A stretch of 32,000 nt of DNA, from assembly GCF_900079115.1 (NCBI RefSeq), contig NZ_LT549890.1, forward strand, positions 1,200,001-1,232,000, written 5' to 3'. Below the pieces are notes generated by a model, which did no database searches, had not been told where the DNA came from, and saw only the letters and a list, made by a program, of their open reading frames with translations. A program made the position numbers and the translations under genes. This document shows, piece by piece, positions 20,304-28,124 of this stretch (position 1 is the first letter of the stretch; the number at the start of each line of letters is the position of its first letter). This DNA comes from Saccharolobus solfataricus (GTDB lineage: Archaea > Thermoproteota > Thermoprotei_A > Sulfolobales > Sulfolobaceae).

Positions 20304-21254
20304 TTACTCGCTAGCATCAAAGGGCTTATTATAATACAGCACAGCCCAAGTAATAACAGCAAGCTTCCTGGCACAAGCAGTAATCAACTTCTTACCCTTC
20401 AAATTCCCCTTGTGCTCCTCATAAAACCGCTTAATAATAGGATTAACCTTGATAGCAGTTAAAGCTGCAAGATAGAAAGCCCTCCTCAAAACAGCATCAC
20501 CCCTCCTAGATATGCCTCTCGATACAACACTCTTCCCACTGGATTCAACAAGAGGATCGAGACCACAGTAAGCGACAAACCTCTTCTTGTCACCAAAACG
20601 CTTAACATCACCAACCCTTGCTAAAATTATACAACCCAACGTTCTTCCAATACCCGGAATCGTGAAGATCAAACTATCCTTAGGAACAAGATCCTCAAGC
20701 TCTTCCTCAATCTCCCTCTTCCTAACCTCAAGCCTCTCCAACTCGTCCAAGAGGAACCTAACCTCAGATAATACTATATTATCCTCCCCCCTCAATACCT
20801 CATTCAAGTTCTTCTTGGACAAACTGTCCTTATAGCCTAGAAGTATTAAATCCCTCCTTAGCCTAGTCTTAACCCTAACAATGCTCCTTGTGATAAAATC
20901 CCATTGACTTGTTAACTCCTTAGCCTCACTCGTTGTAAACTCACTGCCCATACTTATAACTAGTTCAGCGAGCTTTTTAGCGTCATTCTTATCACTCTTC
21001 TTACCCCTAATGTCCTTGAACTTCTTGAGTACGAGGGGATTAATAATCCTCACGTCGTACTCCTTACCCAAGTACTTAGCCAAGTTGATGTGGTAAACTC
21101 CAGTACTTTCTATAGCCACTTTACAACCCTTTGGCAAGACTTGCTTTACTCCTTCAAAACCTTGCTTATTATTTTGAAATTCATAGTATTTACCTTGGAA
21201 GTACACTACTAATTTATCTTTTGAAACATCTATTCCGGCGACTGGGGCCTCCAT
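20304..21254 (-). CDS. IS110-family (DEDD/RuvC-like) transposase, intact
   Basis: 316 aa. N-terminal VAGIDVSKDKLVV...AIESTGVYH. C-terminal FTIPGIGRTLGCIILARVGD...FVAYCGLDPLVESSGK. Confidence 0.9.
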   Translation of the reverse strand: MEAPVAGIDVSKDKLVVYFQGKYYEFQNNKQGFEGVKQVLPKGCKVAIESTGVYHINLAKYLGKEYDVRIINPLVLKKFKDIRGKKSDKNDAKKLAELVISMGSEFTTSEAKELTSQWDFITRSIVRVKTRLRRDLILLGYKDSLSKKNLNEVLRGEDNIVLSEVRFLLDELERLEVRKREIEEELEDLVPKDSLIFTIPGIGRTLGCIILARVGDVKRFGDKKRFVAYCGLDPLVESSGKSVVSRGISRRGDAVLRRAFYLAALTAIKVNPIIKRFYEEHKGNLKGKKLITACARKLAVITWAVLYYNKPFDASE

Positions 21255-21400
21255 GTATACTCACCCTTATGTTTTATTCGGGCTTCAAGCCCAACTTCCG
21301 GTCCGAATTGGAGGAGGCCAAGCTCCCTCTCGAGCTCTAAGCCCAAGGAGAGCAACGGCCTCAACCCCAGTCAGATCTGTAATACGCAGATCTGACTAAT
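21255..21400 (-). ncRNA. Candidate IS110 5' non-coding (bridge-RNA-type) region; speculative
   Basis: G+C-rich untranslated stretch upstream of the transposase, with an 11-bp perfect hairpin (agtcagatctg, 7-nt loop, cagatctgact; 21369-21397) and smaller stems. Based on analogy to bacterial IS110 only. Confidence 0.25.
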
Positions 21401-21429
21401 ATGTTTTATATAAGGAGTACTATAAGGCA

Positions 21430-22455
21430 TTGGAAAAGGCAGTTAACGAGGTCATACTATCCATGACTGGAACGAGGAAGGATGTTGCCAAGAGGCTCGT
21501 CCTGGGGGCGGTTGTGGGAAGAAATGCTACCGAGATAGCTCAAGAGGCCGAGATGGACTACGAGACCGTACTGAATAACTTGGACAAGGCAGCTCAAGCC
21601 AAACTAATCGAGGTCGTGAAGAAGTTAGTCGGGGATCATCCTGTCCTTCTCATAATAGACGACACCCACGACCACAAGCTCTACGCTAGGGCCATGCCGG
21701 TCTCCAGAAACGGGGCACAGATCTTCTACTGTAGGGCGCACAAGAGGTTCGAGCCCGCGATCCAACTCCTTGTGATTGGCGTCAAGGATCTGGTGAACAA
21801 CCAGATCTACGTGATCCACATAATTGCCTACATACCCCGAAAGGTGGAGGAGGAGCTCAAGCGTAGGGGAGAGGAGGTGAAGTTCAAGACCAAGATAGAT
21901 GCCCTCTTGGAGTTTCTCTCCTCCCTCTCAGGTTTGAATGTGAAATCCAAGGTCTTCGACTCGTGGTACGTGAACTCGAGGACTCTCCAAGGGAATACTG
22001 TGGGGGAACTCAAGGCCAACGCGCGGGTCGTCGAGGGTGGCAGATCCGTGCCCGTTGGCGAGTTCCCCCAAGGGGAGTACCTGGTAGAGTACTTGGGTAC
22101 TCCCATAAAGTTACTTGTTATAGATGACTATAAGGGTTACGGGAGGAGGTATTTCTTCTCCACCGACCTTAACGACACGGCTGAAGATATCATAACAACT
22201 TGGGAGAACCGTTGGGACATCGAGGTCTTGATCAGGGAGCTCAAGGCCTTGGGACTCGAGGGTGGGTCCTTCTTGACCTGGGTTAGGAACTCAGGCTTCG
22301 TGGCCTTGAAGGCTCTCTCCCTCCTCGTTGTCCAATACTTCAAGTACTCCACGGGTCTGGTGCTCGGGGCCAAAAGGTTGGCCAGATTGATAAAAAGCAT
22401 TTACCGTGAGGCGGGTGGAATCAAAAAACTGTTCAAGAGGAGGAGAAAACCGTAA
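21430..22455 (+). CDS. IS4/IS701-like DDE transposase
   Basis: 341 aa (TTG start). LLIIDDTHDHK, KVFDSWYV and TWENRWDIEVLIRELK. Visibly more G+C-rich than the host genes. Confidence 0.75.
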   Translation: MEKAVNEVILSMTGTRKDVAKRLVLGAVVGRNATEIAQEAEMDYETVLNNLDKAAQAKLIEVVKKLVGDHPVLLIIDDTHDHKLYARAMPVSRNGAQIFYCRAHKRFEPAIQLLVIGVKDLVNNQIYVIHIIAYIPRKVEEELKRRGEEVKFKTKIDALLEFLSSLSGLNVKSKVFDSWYVNSRTLQGNTVGELKANARVVEGGRSVPVGEFPQGEYLVEYLGTPIKLLVIDDYKGYGRRYFFSTDLNDTAEDIITTWENRWDIEVLIRELKALGLEGGSFLTWVRNSGFVALKALSLLVVQYFKYSTGLVLGAKRLARLIKSIYREAGGIKKLFKRRRKP

Positions 22456-22599
22456 AGTGCTAATAGATAAATCCTTCCCTTGGGAAACGTTTAGGAGTAA
22501 GCTTAAGTCCCTTTACTCCAAGAAGCCCAAGTGGGACGTCATCTTACTCCTCAAAGTCCTCCTAATCAAGTTCGTTTTCGACATCTCTTGGAATAACTT

Positions 22600-23958
22600 C
22601 AGTATGGGAATCTCATTTTTCTGATATAAATGATAATATATGTAAGATTGAACCGCACCAGTTTTATTCAAATATAACTGCATATATTTTATGAAAATGA
22701 CAGTTAATAAGTCAGTTTTCAATAGCAGAATATAAATATATGGAATTAATTTCACGTAGCTGGAAGGAGGTGCATAGGGTTAGCTGGAGTCTAGGGGAAT
22801 GGCGTCTTCACTTCACGGAACGCGCGTCCTTGTTCCACTCTTACCTCCCGATCGAGGAGATTCGAGAGGGAGACCGAGAACTCCCACAACTTTACCTTCC
22901 TCCAAGAGCGGATCAAGAACCAGACATTCAAGAGAAGATAGGAAAGCAGAACGAGAACCAGTTCCTTCCTCACGTCACAAGTCCTAGTCCTGATCCTGAA
23001 CTCCTCAAGAGAGCGAAAAGCATTCTCAATCCCCCACCTCTCCCTATACATCTCGGCAAGGAGTATGGCATCATAAAGATCCATCTCCTTCCTCACGAGG
23101 AAGGCAATAATCTTGTCGTCTTCCTTCCTCAGAATAATGAGATAAGCTCCACTCCCATGTCTCACGCAGAGAAATCCAGTATATCTAACTCCGCCAAAAC
23201 TCACATCCACATCTTGCAACATCCCCTTGTACTTCTTGTACATCTGGGCCTTGGCAGATATGACGAAGTCCAAGCCCAACTCCAAGAGGTATCTAATCAC
23301 TTCGTTCACCGCGAACTCCCTGTCCGCGAAGACCATGACGAGCCTCAGCTTGTCCTCCTCCAACTCCTTCACGATTACCTCCATCACCGCCTTGAAACCT
23401 TCAGCTACGTTCTTCACGGTCACTGGGATCACGTCCAAGAAGCTCCTCTTCCTCCCCAGGAGGAAGATCGCAGCTTGAACCAGTCCCCACGATGTCCCCT
23501 TAGTTGGCTTTATCCTACTCAAGAAACTCTTGTCAGCGTGGTATTGAGGTATGGCATGGAAGTCCACCGCTACCCTCCTGTCCCTGACTCCCCTTAACGT
23601 CATCCTCCCCATCTTCCTCAACGCATCCCTCACGTCCTCAACTTGAACCGCGTTCAACTTTCTCAACGCTCTTCTCCCATCTTTCCCCAATCTGCTCAAG
23701 TAGCTCCCACTCGCCTTAAGCAAGGCACTGAGGAGTTCCTCAGGGAAAAGTATTTTAGTGAGGACCGAGTAAATTATCTTGAGGGCGGACCTGGCGAAGT
23801 CCCGGTTGAACTTCGCCGGTTTAGTTGTATTCTCATGTTTCATATATTCAGGTTCGCCCTCGTATATACAAACTTTTCTCCAGAAATTCTCATCCTCTCA
23901 ACTTTTTCTGTATTTCATTCATCTCGTTTTTTACGCAAAAAATGAGATTCCCATACTG
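22600..23958 (-). mobile_element. ISC1359 (exactly 1,359 bp) with a 21-bp perfect terminal inverted repeat and a 4-bp target duplication
   Basis: cagtatgggaatctcattttt (22600-22620) is the reverse complement of aaaaatgagattcccatactg (23938-23958). actt is duplicated at 22596-22599 and 23959-23962. Confidence 0.9.
22791..23843 (-). CDS. ISC1359 DDE transposase
   Basis: 350 aa with VMVFADREFA and MYRERWGIENAFRSLEEF motifs. Confidence 0.85.
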   Translation of the reverse strand: MKHENTTKPAKFNRDFARSALKIIYSVLTKILFPEELLSALLKASGSYLSRLGKDGRRALRKLNAVQVEDVRDALRKMGRMTLRGVRDRRVAVDFHAIPQYHADKSFLSRIKPTKGTSWGLVQAAIFLLGRKRSFLDVIPVTVKNVAEGFKAVMEVIVKELEEDKLRLVMVFADREFAVNEVIRYLLELGLDFVISAKAQMYKKYKGMLQDVDVSFGGVRYTGFLCVRHGSGAYLIILRKEDDKIIAFLVRKEMDLYDAILLAEMYRERWGIENAFRSLEEFRIRTRTCDVRKELVLVLLSYLLLNVWFLIRSWRKVKLWEFSVSLSNLLDREVRVEQGRAFREVKTPFP

Positions 23959-25060
23959 ACTTGGAGGGAGAAATTAGGGACAGTAAGAGTTTTATGGACT
24001 TCTTGGGCGGGAAAGTTCCACCAAAGAGCACAGTATTCTTCTTCTACAAGAAACTACAACAAACAGTTATTCAAGAGGGCGAGACGATGAGAACAACACT
24101 GATGGATGAGTTAAACAAGGCTTTGGACAAGGTGATCAGCGAGTATAGGGAAAAGGGCTTTGAACTTGAAGTTGGGAGAGAAAAAACGATAGGTTCGAGG
24201 ACTACCACATAATTGACACATTCTTCCGTGAGGCCTACCCCGGAAAGAGGAGTCTTCAAAACGGTCTTGAGAAGGTCTTACTTGACCTTAAGGAGATGGG
24301 GTTCAATGACGTTTTTCTCCTCATGGGTTATACTACTTCCAAGCTCAAGAACTTCACGGCCTTTAGGAAGTATAAGGGTAGTTGGGGTAGGAAGCACGGT
24401 AAGTCCTACTTCGGGTTTAAGGTCTGTAATCTTGTGGAAAGGAGGACTAATTTCGTTAGGGGCTTCAAGGTTGGATTGGCTAATTTGAGTGATCTAGCCT
24501 TTTCATTTGATAACGTTAAGTTAATGGCTGATAGGGCTTGGATTTTTAGGGAGGACGTCTTAGTTAAGGGTGTTGGTAGTGCTAGGCTTCCGGTTGAGGG
24601 TAGTGGTGTTGAGATTAGGGAAGGTAAGGCTTCGTCTACAACCTTAAGGGGAGTGGTTATGGAGGTATTCTTCCTTAACTTCTATCGTGATCTCGAAATT
24701 CTTTCGACGAGGATTAGGACGAAGGTACTCGTTAATTAACGAGGTTCGTTTACGTGTTTACTTGTTGTTATGGCAAATTTTATTGCAAAATTGTACAATT
24801 ATCTGTATTTCCCCTTATTAATACATATTATATTATTTTTTATACTTAAATATAATGAAGAATAGTATAATCTGAAATGCTGTAATTATAATGGTTTTCA
24901 ATTTTGCTCAAATCGGACAACGTCTCATCAAGTGCTTTTAGAGAATCTGAGGGTTCATCCATATGGGTATTTATGTAACATATAATTTATAAGTAAGGAT
25001 TCATACTTGTATGGAGATATGCACTTTATCCGAAAATTTTCAAAACAGAATATCTATAAC

Positions 25061-25765
25061 TTAATAATCTGAAGACTTGTAGAGTAGATCTTGTTGGTAG
25101 AACTCCCTAAATATTTTAGACATAATCTTCTTTTCGGCTTTCCTTAAATACTCCTCCAACGTGGGTTTTGATATTCCCATGATCTTTCCTAATTCCTCTA
25201 GGTTTATTCTTCTAGGATATTCATAATACCCTAGTCTTATGGCTTTAAGTACTGCATTCCTTTCTTGCTCAGAAAGATCGAAGAATGTGGGTACGAAGTC
25301 ATTAAAGTTTACAAGTTTAGCATTAAAGTAATGGATCTTCCCTATCGATTCCAAATCCCTCTTCAGTGTTGTAACGTCGCTTGAAGGCATAATTAGTAAT
25401 AATCTTTCATTACCTTCTTTTATTAAATCTTTTATATAGAGCGTCATATAATTTTCTATGATACTCATGATCATGTTCTCATACCTTTCTTTAAACAATA
25501 TTCTATAAATCCCCCTCCTACTGTCCAACTCTAAGATTTGTATAATCTCGTAAATGCTCTTCTCTTTCTTGAACGATTTTAAAAAATCCTTAAATACTCT
25601 TCTGTTATATGTTTTAACTTCGTCCATTCCTAAAATGTAGTCTTTTCCCTTACTCGGTTTTGCAAAAATCGTCTTTACTTGTACAGGAAAACTTGACGTG
25701 AGTTTACTCCAACAATCCTCGTGATCTATTTCAAAAGTCACTAGTGACAAGTTAAATAGTGACAC
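25061..25765 (-). CDS. HTH_10 (bacterio-opsin-activator-type HTH) transcriptional regulator
   Basis: 234 aa. C-terminal LSEQERNAVLKAIRLGYYEYPRRINLEELGKIMGISKPTLEEYLRKAEKKI matches the archaeal HTH_10 domain pattern. Confidence 0.75.
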   Translation of the reverse strand: MSLFNLSLVTFEIDHEDCWSKLTSSFPVQVKTIFAKPSKGKDYILGMDEVKTYNRRVFKDFLKSFKKEKSIYEIIQILELDSRRGIYRILFKERYENMIMSIIENYMTLYIKDLIKEGNERLLLIMPSSDVTTLKRDLESIGKIHYFNAKLVNFNDFVPTFFDLSEQERNAVLKAIRLGYYEYPRRINLEELGKIMGISKPTLEEYLRKAEKKIMSKIFREFYQQDLLYKSSDY

Positions 25766-26080
25766 AATTAAAAGTATATTATTTTTAAAAATATATAATA
25801 GTTTAGGACATTTAATTACGTTAGACTTGAGTATAGTTTTTGGTAACTTACCATAAACGATCGAATAGTTGTAATGTGAATTTCATCTATCAACTAAATA
25901 TTTTTATTTTACATAATGAATATTATAAAAGATTTGTATTCGTCAAAGAAGCTGATACTTTTTCCTTTAACATAATGAAAATCTTATAAAGACAGAATTG
26001 CAAAAATGGGGCGTTCAGTAGTAAATCTTACGGTCAAATTTCAGAGTGTGGACAATAACTTCGTTCATTCGAAACTTAGT

Positions 26081-26760
26081 TTAACCTTGATGGGGGTTAA
26101 AGGGGCGTAATTCCCCTTCTGTGAGGTAGGGGATGGATAGCTCTGGAAAAGTTTATTACCAAGAAGTAATAAAAACGAATCTGACCTTGGCTGAGAGAGC
26201 TGGGTCGTACCTATGGGACTGGGGGATCTTAAGTCTGTGGAGAGCAAACCCTCCGTAACCTCTATTCCATATCGGGCATTGCAGAACGGTTTGATGGAAC
26301 CTCCGCTATGGGGATCGAGGTTAATCTGAGAAGCAGGAAATCCTCATCGCGAGGTGAGGATGCTCCGTCTGTGACGGTAGACTCAAAATCGTATTATCAA
26401 AAATAATAGCTTTCCGTTAATAACCAATTATCGTGCATTACATGATTATTTTACTCAATTATACCAAAATTTATGGAAAATTCTAGTCCTATAGTAATAT
26501 TTTTTATAATAGTTAATATAAAAAATGTTAATTGAGTATGAACATATATTAAAAATGACATTAAATTCAAAGAAATCCAATTTTATTTATATTATCAGAT
26601 ACATATAATTAAATTTTAGATTATTAATAATAAGAAAACAGAAAAAATTTTCTTATATTTGAAGAAATAATGTGAGAATCCTATCTGAATTTATATTTGT
26701 AAGATGATTTTGGATCTACTGGTGAGGGCGGGGTAGTTCACATTCTCCATAATACCACTT
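26081..26760. mobile_element. Non-autonomous derivative of the decayed DDE IS family (long ends conserved, AT-rich interior, no transposase); right boundary approximate
   Basis: 26081-26129 is the inverted homologue of 11690-11738. The inner ends gacggtagactcaaaatc (26373-26390) and gattttggatctactgg (26706-) match the IS inner repeats. The subterminal interior resembles the IS subterminal sequences. Confidence 0.5.
26130..26368. other. 239-nt G+C-rich island without a convincing ORF inserted in the left end of the nested element; candidate structured RNA or unknown insertion
   Basis: Flanked by the direct repeat ctgtgaggtag (26119-26129) / ctgtgacggtag (26369-26380). Contains hairpins tttattac/gtaataaa (26152-26173) and atcctca/tgaggat (26340-26361). 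Confidence 0.3.
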
Positions 26761-27179
26761 TCGCCAAATACTTCAATTGGGTAATAAAATTTTTGGAAGA
26801 AGATTTAAAAGTTGCGATATCTTCTCTTTTTCCAACATTCGGATCTTACGGTGAATTGAAAATAACTGAATACTTTATGTGATTTATACTAAATTAACAA
26901 AATTGTTGTCCACACTTAAGGGTGAGAGGGTAATATTTCTTTTAAAAAAGAACAAAGAACGAACCAGTTTCACTACTAGCGAGTCACTAATTCATGTTTA
27001 CCTTTTGCTAGAAGAGTTTGGATGGATTCCAAAACAAGGAGATTCTAAAGTCTTAAAGGTTAAGAGAAAGATTTGTTATAACTTGAGGTTTATTGGATAA
27101 AATTACCAATAATATAGATTTTTATACTCTCTAGAAAGTTCCTATTAACTTAAAATAGGTATATATTTAGGGTTAAAAT

Positions 27180-27917
27180 ATGAAGTGCCAGATACAATAC
27201 GTTGAGTTACCGAATACTTTCCCTAAATCTGATGTAGATGTTTATAGGGTGTTGGAAGAGGATGGTAAATATTACATTAGACTTGAGCTTAATGGCAAAC
27301 CAATGTATTTTACCTTTAGTACCAGCGAAATAGTTTTGCACTCGAAGGAACTATACGAACTGGTCTCAAGGGAGGAGATTGACGATTGTTCCCCATTGGG
27401 AATTTTAGACGAAATCTTCTATGTAATATTATATCAATTGGGTACTAAGAGAACTCAACTCTTCTTAGAATTCGATAACCTTTTCGATCTCATAACGTCT
27501 GGAAAGGTAAAAGATTCAAAACGCATAATATTGTTAAGGAAGATGATATTAACGAATTATTCAGATTCAACAGTAATATACTACGTTAGTAGAAGGTTGA
27601 GCAAATTCCTCACAGCTGAGAGTGTAGAGGACGTTAAGTTCAATTATGAAAGAGCTGAATTGCTAGTTACTAGATCTGGTGATCTGTACAACATCTATCT
27701 CACAGAAGTCCAAAACGAGTTAAATGAGATAATCAAAAAGCTTACCTCGATATCGTTTATATTTATGCCCATAACTGCAGTTGCCAGCATATACGCGGTT
27801 GACTTCACAAATGTATATAGTACACTTATAAACTGGCAGAGCTTAATCTTCTTATCTCCCGTTTTAATATTAACAATCCTTCTGGTAATTTACCTAAGGA
27901 AAATAAGGTGGTTATAA
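27180..27917 (+). CDS. Short CorA-superfamily membrane protein with the GMN motif replaced (AVD)
   Basis: 245 aa. The C-terminus NEIIKKLTSISFIFMPITAVASIYAVDF...TM2...YLRKIRWL parallels CorA ...LT.....iF.P.T.iaGiYGMNF...RRK.WL. Confidence 0.7.
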   Translation: MKCQIQYVELPNTFPKSDVDVYRVLEEDGKYYIRLELNGKPMYFTFSTSEIVLHSKELYELVSREEIDDCSPLGILDEIFYVILYQLGTKRTQLFLEFDNLFDLITSGKVKDSKRIILLRKMILTNYSDSTVIYYVSRRLSKFLTAESVEDVKFNYERAELLVTRSGDLYNIYLTEVQNELNEIIKKLTSISFIFMPITAVASIYAVDFTNVYSTLINWQSLIFLSPVLILTILLVIYLRKIRWL

Positions 27918-28124
27918 AATCCTCTGGTAAAGTAATCGTTACATACTTACAGCTGATAACCTTTGATGGAGATATTGAACTTTTGCAAATTTATCCTTAA
28001 AAAAAGATGTAAAATTTATAATGTGCCATAAAAACTATTCCCTCTTACTTAAATATTTACGTAAAATATAATTCATTTAAGAGTAAAGTGTTTATGTAGA
28101 TACCCTTTTAAAAGCTTAAAATGT

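Larger units (their letters stand above)
20225..21400 (-). mobile_element. Intact IS110-family element (about 1.18 kb, ISC1190-like by size; boundaries approximate and no terminal inverted repeats expected)
   Basis: Full-length transposase, about 75 nt of downstream and about 145 nt of upstream non-coding sequence. The downstream end (tttccgtgaaaatcgagcatagtgcacactacttatt) is homologous to 15715-15750. Confidence 0.7.
22460..24739 (+). pseudogene. IS5-family transposase gene interrupted by ISC1359 and additionally frameshifted
   Basis: N-terminal part GTG 22460 ...FPWETFRSKLK...ILLLKVLLIKFVFDISWNN. It resumes in frame at 23963 (LEGEIRDSKSFMDFLGG). A frameshift near the A-run at about 24182-24187 precedes DYHIIDTFFREAY, LMADRAW and RGVVMEVFFLNFYR. 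The element probably ends near ttgtacaa at 24791-24798. Confidence 0.7.
26045..26916. mobile_element. MITE-like element (outer unit about 190 bp) carrying a nested second non-autonomous element
   Basis: Termini agtgtggacaataacttcgtt (26045-) and aacaaaattgttgtccacact (-26916) are inverted repeats (18/21). The same terminus occurs at 2873. Confidence 0.55.

Noticed and set aside
22740-23597. 285-aa ORF on the plus strand, the longest unexplained ORF in the window
   Set aside because: It lies entirely antisense to the well-supported ISC1359 DDE transposase. Its translation is low-complexity (P/L/H/E/S-rich) with no motif. It is typical of a shadow ORF in a G+C-richer segment.
17902-25016. 15-bp perfect inverted repeat ctccatacaagtatg (17902-17916) / catacttgtatggag (25002-25016) bracketing the MFS-cyclase-IS block
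   Set aside because: By rough estimate, about one 15-mer inverted match is expected by chance in a 32-kb AT-biased window. There is no target duplication and no transposase logic supporting a 7-kb composite element.
26130-26368. Tested whether the G+C-rich island is RNase P RNA or SRP 7S RNA
   Set aside because: There is no GGAAAGUCC-type CR-I partner for the cagaacggtttga segment at an appropriate distance. There is no SRP helix-8 motif pattern. G+C content is lower than expected for those RNAs in a hyperthermophile. It is kept only as an unclassified candidate.
26065-27100. ORFs 26065-26247 (60 aa, minus strand) and 26879-27100 (73 aa, plus strand). Also 6285-6506 and 14212-14430.
   Set aside because: They span MITE or IS termini or AT-rich intergenic DNA. 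They have no motifs, and they run across element boundaries, which makes genuine genes unlikely.
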